Positions 51,530 through 60,719 of a stretch of 64,000 nt of DNA are shown piece after piece. The translations under genes and the position numbers were made by a program. This DNA comes from Amphiscolops sp. MND2022. Lineage: Eukaryota. Below the pieces are notes generated by a model. It made no database searches, was not told the DNA's origin, and saw only the letters and a list, made by a program, of their open reading frames with translations. The stretch is from the NCBI GenBank assembly GCA_964187785.1, contig OZ076415.1, positions 51,026,001 through 51,090,000 on the forward strand. Reading direction: 5' to 3'. Position 1 is the first letter of the stretch; each line of letters opens with the position of its first letter.

Positions 51530-52861
51530 TGTTACGAATATTAAAGGGAGAGTTTGCGTTTCCGAAACGTACAGTTTTGGTCGGAGTTAGAGTTACGCTG
51601 ATGGGAGTTTCTAGGATTTCGTCGTTGTTATTAGGTCTGTTTTCCAAACTCGAAGACCTAATTGCTGATATGAGTTCCCTTTGAGACTGTTCTAAGAGAG
51701 TTTTTACCTCCTCGGTTATTTCTTTCCTCAAAGAAGCTTTTAGATTTTCAAGAGACTGGTCTACTTGGGGCGCAATTGCGCTAGTCGAAAAACTAGGTTC
51801 TGGACTTACTTCTACTCCTATGACGACACTGCTGACCCTCAAAAGATTCTCCTGATGGTTGTCTTCGACTTCTCCTAAGCTCATCTTTGCTTTCTTTTTC
51901 TGGCTCCTTGTTGACATCTTGATTTCGAGATTGAGGTTTCAAAGATTTTATTTCAGAACTTGAAATTAATAAACAAAACGTTATAAGAATGAGAACAATA
52001 ATCGAGATTTAAAAAACTCTAGGAAAACCTCAAGTATATATACCTTCCCCTATGTCACGTGACCACGCGCGCGTCGCAAAAATGGCGGAGGAATGTCTCT
52101 TACACCCGGTAAAATGGCAATTATATCACGTCCGGCGTTCCTGACGCGAAACCTAGCTCTATTAAGCTGTATTACATGCGAACAAGGTATCCATACTTCG
52201 AAACACGCGTAAGTGTGACGTAGAATTGAGCCGGTACGCGGCGTAATAATGACGTTGGTATATATTCCGGTATAGTTCTAGCATTTAATTCAGTATTGAC
52301 ACTAGCATTATTTGGTCACAAGTATCGTGTGACGTGGTTGTGACGTAGACTCTATTCTTTCTTTTCAATTAGTCGTGACGTAGTATTGACGTAATTCGTT
52401 CTTTCATGTGAGCAGTGCTAATACTAATCTAGCGTAAACAAACACCAGCGCGATCATTGCGATGAACGATATTCTTAACTGACTATTATTGACGTTAGAC
52501 ATGCGGCAACGCGAGCGACGTGCTTACACTTTACTTAGAGTGTGCTCATAGTAATTGTTATTGAAGTAAATTAATACATATAAATTCTATTTGTGACGTT
52601 CGTATTCTCGTTTGTGATGACAGTTTAACAACGCGTTGATTTTAATTTTTCCTCGAATCTTTATTTTAGGATTATGTTTAAAAGATATTCCCAAGTTATT
52701 TCGTTGTATTGTTTTTAGTTCGTTTAGTTTTCGCTCAGTTTGTTTAGTTTTAGTTCGAGTTGATCAATTCCAACAGTACTTAGCTTTCATTAGGCATCCG
52801 TGTCCTCTTCTGAATTGTATCTGCCGACATGAACAAGCCAGTCCAGGAGCGGACTGTGACA
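51530..52861 (-). repeat. 3' LTR (1332 bp, internally deleted)
   Basis: Highly similar to 56815-58822 but missing blocks equivalent to about 57476-58024 and 58040-58160. Confidence 0.9.
52035..52600. promoter_or_regulatory. Putative LTR promoter: TATA box, GTCACGTGAC E-box and TGACGT cluster
   Basis: TATATATA at about 52035-52042; GTCACGTGAC at about 52054; eight TGACGT hexamers between 52216 and 52599. Confidence 0.55.
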
Positions 52862-53477
52862 GGGCCACTGTCATGGGTCTGACGTGCCGTGACTGGGTGG
52901 CGCAGAAGGGGGAATTATCTATCCAGGTTTGTGGAGAGAATCTGTTCGTTGTTATCTCTCTGGTTTGTGCATGGCCAGCTCGTCTTGGGTAAGTCAAATC
53001 ATTTAATGAGTTGTTTTCTCTTAATTTCACCCGACGTAATGGCCCCGGTGGAGTAATAAAGAATTCTGCTGGTTCTGAATTTTCCTTGTTTCTTTCTAGT
53101 AAGTCTCGTGTGTCTAGCACGCTCTCTTTCTCTTCATAGTAATCGGAAGACGACGGCTCCTGCCCTTGAACTATAAATCCTGATTGGCTTGACGGGCTAG
53201 CTGGGTTAGATAGGAGGAATTGTTTATTAGATAATAACGAAATGAGGCTGGCCTCTTCACTGTCAAGTTTAATCCGTTTGCAATTTTCTTGAACTATTTC
53301 CATTGATGAGTCCAATTCAGAGTCTGCGCTAACTGTTACGTCTAATGAAGAGATTGAAGGGTTGTGCATTTCTCTCCTTCTCGTTGCGTTCGCCCTTGGT
53401 GGTTGAGAGGGTTCACCTTCTGTTTCTTTCTCAGATTTGCTGGGTGAGACTAGGTCGATCAGTTCAATGATTTCCAT
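52764..53477 (-). CDS. Ser/Glu-rich accessory ORF (237 aa) reading into the 3' LTR
   Basis: Open frame from MEIIELIDLVSP; low complexity; no recognisable domain. Confidence 0.4.
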   Translation of the reverse strand: MEIIELIDLVSPSKSEKETEGEPSQPPRANATRRREMHNPSISSLDVTVSADSELDSSMEIVQENCKRIKLDSEEASLISLLSNKQFLLSNPASPSSQSGFIVQGQEPSSSDYYEEKESVLDTRDLLERNKENSEPAEFFITPPGPLRRVKLRENNSLNDLTYPRRAGHAQTREITTNRFSPQTWIDNSPFCATQSRHVRPMTVALSQSAPGLACSCRQIQFRRGHGCLMKAKYCWN

Positions 53478-53694
53478 ATTTGAGGATTGTTTCGTTGCCG
53501 TTAACTGCTTTTAATTTTCACTTAGTAAAAATGAATTGTTTATCAATTTTGACTTCCTTGATTTATGAATTTTCCTTCATTTAGATTGGCTATTCGGATT
53601 TCAGAGCAGATGTTAATCTTTCCACTGCTTATTGGCTTAACTTGTTTTTGACGAAAGCATGACGTTGATTTTTGTTTTTAGAATTGTTGTTTTG

Positions 53695-55358
53695 ATGACT
53701 GAGGAACAATCTGCCTCGTTTGCGCCTGTGTCGCGTGGACTAGCTAGTGGAAAAGAAACACAGTATGGTTTTTCAGAAGGTGAAATAGTAGTTAGTGAAG
53801 TTGAGGCGCCTGTTATTTCTGCATGTCCTGGTTAGTATAACTTGAAGTCCATCTAGCCCAATAACATCGTATTTTCGTCGATTGATGAGATCGCTAATCA
53901 TACGTGTTGACTAGGTAAATAGCGCTATCTTACTTCTCTCTTTCCAGGCCCTACTGTGGTCTCAGACACTACCCAGCGTTCTCCCCTTGGCACCCCTTTG
54001 AAATCTACCTCGTCAAGGACTGGACAGGGAGAACCTCCTCAGATTAGCGAGGAAATATCCCCACGGGAGATTCTGACTTCCGTCGCGAGACAGATAAAGA
54101 GACAGGTGCAAATGACCGGGGGAAGGGCGTGACCAGAAATGAGGATAGCGAGGAAGATACTAGCCAGGACATAGTTAGTTGCAGGCCCCAAACTTCAAAA
54201 GGAAATTCCAAACGCAGTTAGTATTTTAGTAATTTATATGATGGTATAGATTACCTCTGCCATATAAGTAGGTTCGGAATCGTTAGTCTGGTTTTTTGTT
54301 TTTTTTTCTAGGTTTGCCCGAATTTCTGTCGTCGAGTTCGGATGAAGAGAGTGTTTGTGATGACGATCGAGGCAACCTTGATAAGCCTTTGCTTTCTTCA
54401 AGAGGGATGAGGACTCCTTCGCCTCTAGTGCGGAGGACATCTAGGTCAACGTCAGCCTCTGAGGAAGTGCTTCGAAAACGTTTTGATGGTTGGTGAGGTA
54501 ATATGTTTTTTTTAATAAGTGGGCGTTTGTTTCATGTTGTTTTTTTGTAGCTGCTGAAGATAGTGATTCCCTTGGTGGTACCCCGGTAAAAACGATGTCT
54601 GCTCAAGTGGTGAGCCTCGGGCGGCACATAGCGTCGGAAGTGGAGTCTTCTGCAGTGGATCCCATCCATTCGAGTTAGTGTTTTTGTGTGTTTCTGTTCG
54701 TGATTCCCCCGGTTTTATCTTCTTTTGTTATGGCAGTATGTTTATCAACAGTTGTTTTAATATAGGTTTTGCTGAGTTCGCTAACAAGATTGGTGATTCT
54801 CTGGAAAATTTGGGGGTGAGCCCCAAGAAGAAGAAGAATTACAGCTCTCGCAATTATCTTCGTAAGGACATGGTTGCCGGCAATGAGATTCTGGGCGAGT
54901 TTGTGTCTGGGTCAAAGAACGGGTTGTCCACCTATTTCTTCTGCACCATGTGTGAACGAGACGTGTCGATGGTGAGTCGTGGAGCGAATGAGTTAGTTCG
55001 GCACTTCACTTCAGATCGTCACTGGCAACGCGACGTAACGTATCGCGTCCACAAAGGGATGCCTGTATTCAATCAGTTGCGCCAGCTGATTACCCTAACT
55101 GATGAGGAGCTGAGTCAGTACCGTAGCCGCCCTTTCAAAGAGAAAGCCGTGGGGTATCTTTTCCCTGAGGACAGACGTCCTAAACACAGTGAGATCCGTT
55201 CTCGAGTGCCATTCCTGACGATGGTTAGCTGTTTGACGGAGGTCTGGCGAGGAGGAGGCAGTTACACCATGCTTCGTCGTTTGTGGGGCTTCTTCTGTGC
55301 TTCGCTAGCTGAGACTGATCCCTTGTACCGCGTAACGTGGAATAAGCCAGAGACTCTG
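53695..55358 (+). CDS. Spliced antisense gene with a C2H2 (BED/U1-like) zinc finger; one 1-bp frameshift; 3' end unresolved
   Basis: Exons 53695-53830, 53948-54216, 54312-54488, 54551-54673 and 54766-55358. GT-AG introns of 117, 95, 62 and 92 bp, all phase 1; four of five donors are GTTAGT. The last exon has FFCTMC-x16-H-x5-H. Confidence 0.7.
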
Positions 55359-55763
55359 GTTAGTTTTGGTTTTGGTTCTGCTTTTCTTTCTTAGCTGGAG
55401 CAATTAGGAGCAATTTAGTTATTTGTGTGTGGTCTCTCTTCCTTTTTTTGATGGAGTTGAGTGATGTTGGAAAGTTATCATGTTTTGGTGAGAGGTTGTC
55501 CTCGAGGCAGGGTGTTTTGGTATTTCACTTCTGAATGGAGGGATTGTTGTTGTGGTTGGTTCATAATTGCCGTCATTGTGGTCGTTGAGTTGGTGACTTT
55601 GGTTGGGTTTCTTCGCGTTGTATTTCGGTTGTGGATAAGGGTCGTTTAGTTGCCGTGTATTCGTTATCGAGGTCAGGGGTCCCTGGTATGCGGTCTTTGT
55701 ATTCAGAGATGGTGTCACTTGTGTATGCTGATGGGGGGTCTTGAATGTTGTATGCCCTCGCAA

Positions 55764-56666
55764 CTACTGTTTCCCCGAATCGTAGTCGCGGCATTTTGAG
55801 TTTTTTGATTCGTTCGCTTCTGGTGCTGGCGTTATCTTGTCTGGTTTTGGTGTTGTGCTGGATTGTCTCTTGGGTCTTGGGTCGTTTGCGGCATTGGCGC
55901 CGTTCCAGCAATCTTCCGTTTTGTGTGGCTTTCCACAGGTGGCACATTGTGGTCTGGGAGGACGTGTATTGTTGGTCGGGCCAATTTGTTTCCTTGTTTC
56001 CTGCCATTTGTCTCGTTTGAGTTTTCGGCATTGGGCTTTGTAGTGTCCGTATCGTGAGCAGTAGAAGCAAAATCCTCGTCTGTTTTCTTTGTTGTGCGGA
56101 GTGTTTGACGTTGGGGCGACGTTGTTAAGGGGTACTAGCGTTATGTCATCTGGCGCCCCTAGGACATTAAGTCGCATCTCCCTTTCAAGGTGAAGGACTA
56201 TTTCATTAAAGGGTTTATCTTCCAGATATGCTCGATTGAGGATCTTTTGGACATGGTCGGGCATCTTGGCATATATCGTTTTATCGATAAACTGTTGTGC
56301 CTCAGATCCAAATGCCTCTTTCGCTGTTTTTTGGAGGGAGTCCAGAAATTCGTGTAGTTTTTGTGTTGCTGGGTCGAATTTAAGCGTGTCCCATTTGCAA
56401 CGGGCTTTTGCTACTGAGAGGTAGTCTCCGAATCGTCGTTTGAAGGTTGTCATGATATATTCTAGGTTGTTTTTCTTGGTGTCGTCAAGGCTGCCGAAAG
56501 CTTGTAAGGCCTCACCTCTTGAAAGCGAATGAAAAAAATTGATCCTTTGTATTTCTGTTAAGTGTGGGTGCATCCTAATGTTGTTTGTGAAGAGATCCTC
56601 AAACAACTCGAATTTTTCATTTTTGCCATCAAAGGTTGGTAGGGACGTCGTGAGGGCCTTGGGCAT
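55764..56666 (-). CDS. gag: Gag (capsid plus two zinc knuckles)
   Basis: LPTFDGKNEKFELFEDLF capsid-like start; CFYCSRYGHYKAQC (CX2CX4HX4C) and CATCGKPHKTEDC (CX2CX3HX4C). Confidence 0.9.
   Translation of the reverse strand: MPKALTTSLPTFDGKNEKFELFEDLFTNNIRMHPHLTEIQRINFFHSLSRGEALQAFGSLDDTKKNNLEYIMTTFKRRFGDYLSVAKARCKWDTLKFDPATQKLHEFLDSLQKTAKEAFGSEAQQFIDKTIYAKMPDHVQKILNRAYLEDKPFNEIVLHLEREMRLNVLGAPDDITLVPLNNVAPTSNTPHNKENRRGFCFYCSRYGHYKAQCRKLKRDKWQETRKQIGPTNNTRPPRPQCATCGKPHKTEDCWNGANAANDPRPKRQSSTTPKPDKITPAPEANESKNSKCRDYDSGKQ
55800..55806 (-). promoter_or_regulatory. -1 ribosomal frameshift slippery site
   Basis: TCA AAA AAC in the Gag frame gives A_AAA_AAC. The -1 frame stays open to 55573 (KLKMPRLRFGETVVARAY...). 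Confidence 0.65.
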
Positions 56667-57202
56667 TGGAAGCGTTGTATTGGATTCTGTTTGTTTTGAT
56701 GAGGATGGGACAGCTTCGGGTAGGTAGGTTCGTTCTGTGAGTGGTGACTGGCTCTGAGTACGGGTTTTGGATTTTTCCGATGATTATTGGGATCGGGGAG
56801 GACTCCTGTCACCATGTTATGAATATTAACGGGAGAGTTTGCGTTTCCGAAACGTACAGTTTTGGTCGGAGTTAGAGTTACGCGGATGGGAGTTTCTAGG
56901 ATTTCGTCGTTGTTATTAGGTCTGTTTTCCAAACTCGAAGACCTAATTGCTGATATGAGTTCCCTTTGAGACTGTTCTAAGAGAGTTTTTACCGCCTCAG
57001 TTATTTCTTTCCTCAAAGAAGCTTTTAGATTTTCAAGACACTGGTCTACTTGGGGCGCAATTGCGCTAGTCGGAGAACTAGGTTCTGGACTTACTTCTTC
57101 TCCTATGACGACACTGCTCACCCTCAAAAGATTCTCCTCATGGTTGTCTTCGACTTCTCCTACGCTCATCTTTGCTTTCCTTCTCTGGCTCCTTGTTGAC
57201 AT
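56558..57202 (-). CDS. LTR-initiated ORF (MSTRSQ...), probable N-terminal part of Gag
   Basis: ATG lies about 390 nt inside the LTR and the frame reads through the LTR end and PBS (NMVTGV). One extra A in the A5 run near 56775 would fuse it to the Gag frame. Confidence 0.7.
   Translation of the reverse strand: MSTRSQRRKAKMSVGEVEDNHEENLLRVSSVVIGEEVSPEPSSPTSAIAPQVDQCLENLKASLRKEITEAVKTLLEQSQRELISAIRSSSLENRPNNNDEILETPIRVTLTPTKTVRFGNANSPVNIHNMVTGVLPDPNNHRKNPKPVLRASHHSQNEPTYPKLSHPHQNKQNPIQRFQCPRPSRRPYQPLMAKMKNSSCLRISSQTTLGCTHT
56802..56814 (-). promoter_or_regulatory. Primer-binding site (tRNA-Leu-like)
   Basis: TGGTGACAGGAGT directly after ...ATAACA. It is one mismatch from the TGGTGTCAGGAGT complement of metazoan tRNA-Leu 3' ends (from recall). 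Confidence 0.75.
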
Positions 57203-58822
57203 CTTGATTTCGGGATTGAGGTTTCAAAGATTTTATTTCAGAACTTGAAGTTAATTAACGAAACGTTAAAGGAATGAAAACAATAATCGAGATTAAAAAA
57301 ACTCTAGGAAAACCTCAAGTATATATACCTTCCCCTATGTCACGTGACCACGCGCGCGTCGCAAAAATGGCGTAGTAATGTCTCTTACACCCAGTAAAAT
57401 CGCAATTAGATCACGTCCGGCGTCCCTGACGCGAAACCTAGCTCTATTAGGCTGTATTACATGTGAACAAGGTATGAACATAGTTTCCAAATATGGTAGG
57501 GAAAATCCTTCAGTGAAAAAGTGTTCCAGTGACAGATCTCAATAGACCGGAAATGGAAGCAATTCTAAAATCATTTTCATCGAAACAACCCAACTTTGAC
57601 TCCATAAAGGCGGGAAAAACCTAATTTGTAGGAAGTGATCATGAAACGTTTGCGGTAAAATAGAGGTGAAAAATCGAGGCGATTACGAGACAAGAGACGA
57701 GGGAAATGACTCACTCATATATGTGATGATTTGGGGAAGGCACAAATATTGAAGGTTTATGGTTTTCCTCGGGCATTACATTTTAGAGGAATATGAAACG
57801 AATTTTCATTTGTAATAAATGAATAAATGAAAAATCAAGCAACAATATATGTATATACATAAAATTGTCATGACAGAACTCCAGCATAAGTGACGCTAAT
57901 TAATCGTTAATATCCATTAACCAACATTATATGTAAACTGCATTCATTGAGTATTTATTTTATAGCAACCCCGATAGACAAATTACATTTAATCATCGTC
58001 AAACAATAAGTGCAACATGGTTTTCCATACTTCGAAACATTTGGGAAGTTCTCTTATTTCATTATCCCCTAGAAAGGTTTCTTTCGCTAATCGAGTTTAT
58101 ATTTCAGTTTGAAATGACGTAAAGTCATCGTACGTATGAGTCCAAGGCTCAATTATAATGTGGCGTAAGTATGACGTAGAATTGAGCTATCTTACAGCCT
58201 GTACGCGGCGTAATAACGACGTTGGTATACATTCCGGTATAGTTCTAGCAATTAATTCGGTATTGACACTACCTTTATTTGGTCACAAGTATCGTGTGAC
58301 GTGGTTGTGATGTAGACTCTATTCTTTCTTTTCAATTAGTCGTGACGTAGTATCGACGTAATTCGTTCTTTCATGTGAGCGGTGCTAATACTAATCTAGC
58401 GTAAACAAACACCAGCGCGATCATTGCGATGAACGATATTCTTAACTGACTATTTTCGACGTTAGACATGCGGCAACGCGAGCGACGTGCTTACACTTGA
58501 CTTAGAGTGTGCTCATAGTAATTATTATTGAAGTAAATTGATACATATAAGTTCTATTTGTGACGTTCGTATTCTCATTTGTGATGACAGTTTAACAACG
58601 CGTTGAATTTAAATTTTCCTCGAATCCTTATTTTAGGATTATGTTTTAGAGAGATTCCCAAGTTATTTCGTTGTATTGTTTTTAGTTCGTTTAGTTTTCG
58701 TTCAGTTTGTTTAGTTTTAGTTCGAGTTGATCAATTCCAACAGTACTTAGCTTTCATTAGGCATCCGTGTCCTCTTCCGAATTGTGTCCGTCGACATTTC
58801 AGTCCGAGAGCGGACTGTGACA
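56815..58822 (-). repeat. 5' LTR (2008 bp)
   Basis: TGTCACAGTCCG...TTCATAACA termini; followed by the PBS. Confidence 0.92.
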
Positions 58823-58989
58823 GGGTTTTCTCAGGTATTGTGCTTAGGCATAAAAGACTTTGATAGCAAAGTGTTGACTTAGGTAAAATTTTCAACTGTT
58901 TGTATTTGATTTTTTTGTTTTTTTTTCTGTATGAAAAAGTTTTAGAAGTTTCACTAAGATATTTCCTAATCCCGCATCAGATTTAAATT

Positions 58990-59220
58990 CTTTACACTAG
59001 GCGCGCGCTTCACACCGTGTTCAAGTCGGCTGCTTTCCGAGGCAGGAAAATCCAAAACAGGAAAACTTCTTCGTGACTCATGCTTTTCGTTCCTTCACAC
59101 TCAAAAAAGTGGGAATCAACTACTTGCTCGATAATGCGACCTCCTCTTCGGTTCCCGCCACTTCAAGACGCCGAGCCAACGTTTCCACTGAAGTAGGACA
59201 ACCTAGTTAACTGGCGCGGT
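58990..59220 (-). mobile_element. Older LTR fragment related to 35810-37719
   Basis: TCCGAGGCAGG..CAGGAA..TCATGCTTT..TTCAAGACGCCGA parallels 36400-36560. Confidence 0.45.
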
Positions 59221-60245
59221 AGAAGGGAAGTTTTTTAAATCGAAGGTGTGGATAACTTGAACTACTTCAACAGCTTCACGATGACTAACATGTCAAAAGT
59301 TATAATTTTGCACTTACATATTGACAAACGATGAATAAAAGTTCCGACGATTACATAAATCGGGGAAAAAATTCATGGTCGGATGGCTGGCGCACTTCGT
59401 CAGATAATAGTTTCTCAGTCAATCATCTGAATCAAAATATTCATTTTCACCTCGAAATGCGAGTGTTCAACTTCGGCGTGCGAAATTTGACCAAATTATT
59501 TGCTATTTGATGTTCGTTTTCTGATTGACTGATCTTTAAAACTATACTTCCGAGACAAAAAACCCCCGAAACAGACTCTGCAATTTATGAATTTGTTAAA
59601 AAGAACCATGGCCATTCCGTTGACGTCACCATGACAAGAAGTATAGAATTCTATTCTCAAAAATTTTTTCCAACGAGGCAATAACTACTATAGGATACTG
59701 GCAGAAGTACAACGTAAAATAGTTTGTCCAAAAATATTGCGCCGAACTACCCCACAGTCGCACCTGAATGTGTACCATTGAATACTTGCGATTTGGTTTC
59801 AGGAATGGCGACAATAATGGCGACAGCTTTGTTATTATCAGAGTCAATATGCATTATAACAACCCGTACAATTTTTCAAATTTTTTATCAGAGAGAATGT
59901 GATTAATCATATACTAGTGTACCAATACGATAGAGACAGTCTGTTTCGCATGCAAAAAAAATTGAAATCGCAGTAAATGTTTGACTTTTCATTTTCCACG
60001 GAAGTATTTTCAGAAAGAATCTGAAAAATAAAAGTTAGAGAACGACAAGGCTACAAAAATGAACAAATAAAAGTTTCTCTCGACCAAAGGTTTTCGAGAG
60101 ATTGTGTAGTATATCTGTGACAGTTCGGAAGTATATACAACTCATCAAAATGCAAGTAGTGATATATCTTTTGAAATTTTGATTTGAAAACAAAACTGTA
60201 CTATCGACAAAAATTTTACATGGGACCATTTTGTAAAATGAATAA

Positions 60246-60333
60246 ATTTTTTCCTTAAAAGGATAAAGCTCCGACTAAAAACATGTTTATAAACATGTTT
60301 TTAGTCGGAGCTTTATCCTTTTAAGGAAAAAAT
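60246..60333. repeat. Perfect 88-bp spacerless palindrome
   Basis: 44-bp arms centred at 60289/60290 (...CCGACTAAAAACATGTTTA|TAAACATGTTTTTAGTCGG...). Confidence 0.95.
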
Positions 60334-60406
60334 GGCCGACTATAGCAGTGACATTTTTTTTCTTAAGACTACAATCCTCACACTGATCGGTCCACTTTTT
60401 AGAAAC

Positions 60407-60719
60407 AATTGTAAAAAACAATGTTTAAAACCATATTTTGTGGAAAATATTAAGTCCTGAAAGTTCGTTTTGTTACAAAAGTTCAAGAAAAAACTGAACA
60501 TTTCGGAGAATAACCACATCACAAAAACTCTAGTTAGCTAAAATATATATCGTTTTTGAATCGTACTGTTTCAAAACGGGATTTTAGCTAACTAGAGTTT
60601 TCGTGATGTGGTTATTCTCCGAAATGTTCAAGTTTTTTCTTGAACTTTTGTAACAAAACGAACTTTCAGGACTTAATATTTTCCACAAAATATGGTTTTA
60701 AACATTGTTTTTTACAATT
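60407..60719. repeat. Near-perfect inverted repeat with ~138-bp arms and a 36-bp spacer
   Basis: 60407-60544 versus 60581-60719 differ by about one substitution and one 1-bp indel. Confidence 0.93.

Larger units (their letters stand above)
51530..58822 (-). mobile_element. Complete non-autonomous (pol-less) LTR retrotransposon
   Basis: 5' LTR 58822-56815 and 3' LTR 52861-51530, both TG...CA; exact 5-bp TSD GGGTT (51525-51529; 58823-58827); PBS and gag present; no protease, RT, RNase H or integrase motifs seen. Confidence 0.92.

Noticed and set aside
59496-59850. DDE transposase remnant (GSSAQYF, TSCHGDVNG)
   Set aside because: Faint resemblance to SDG..Q / HGKG..DG motifs only; no TIR/TSD identified.
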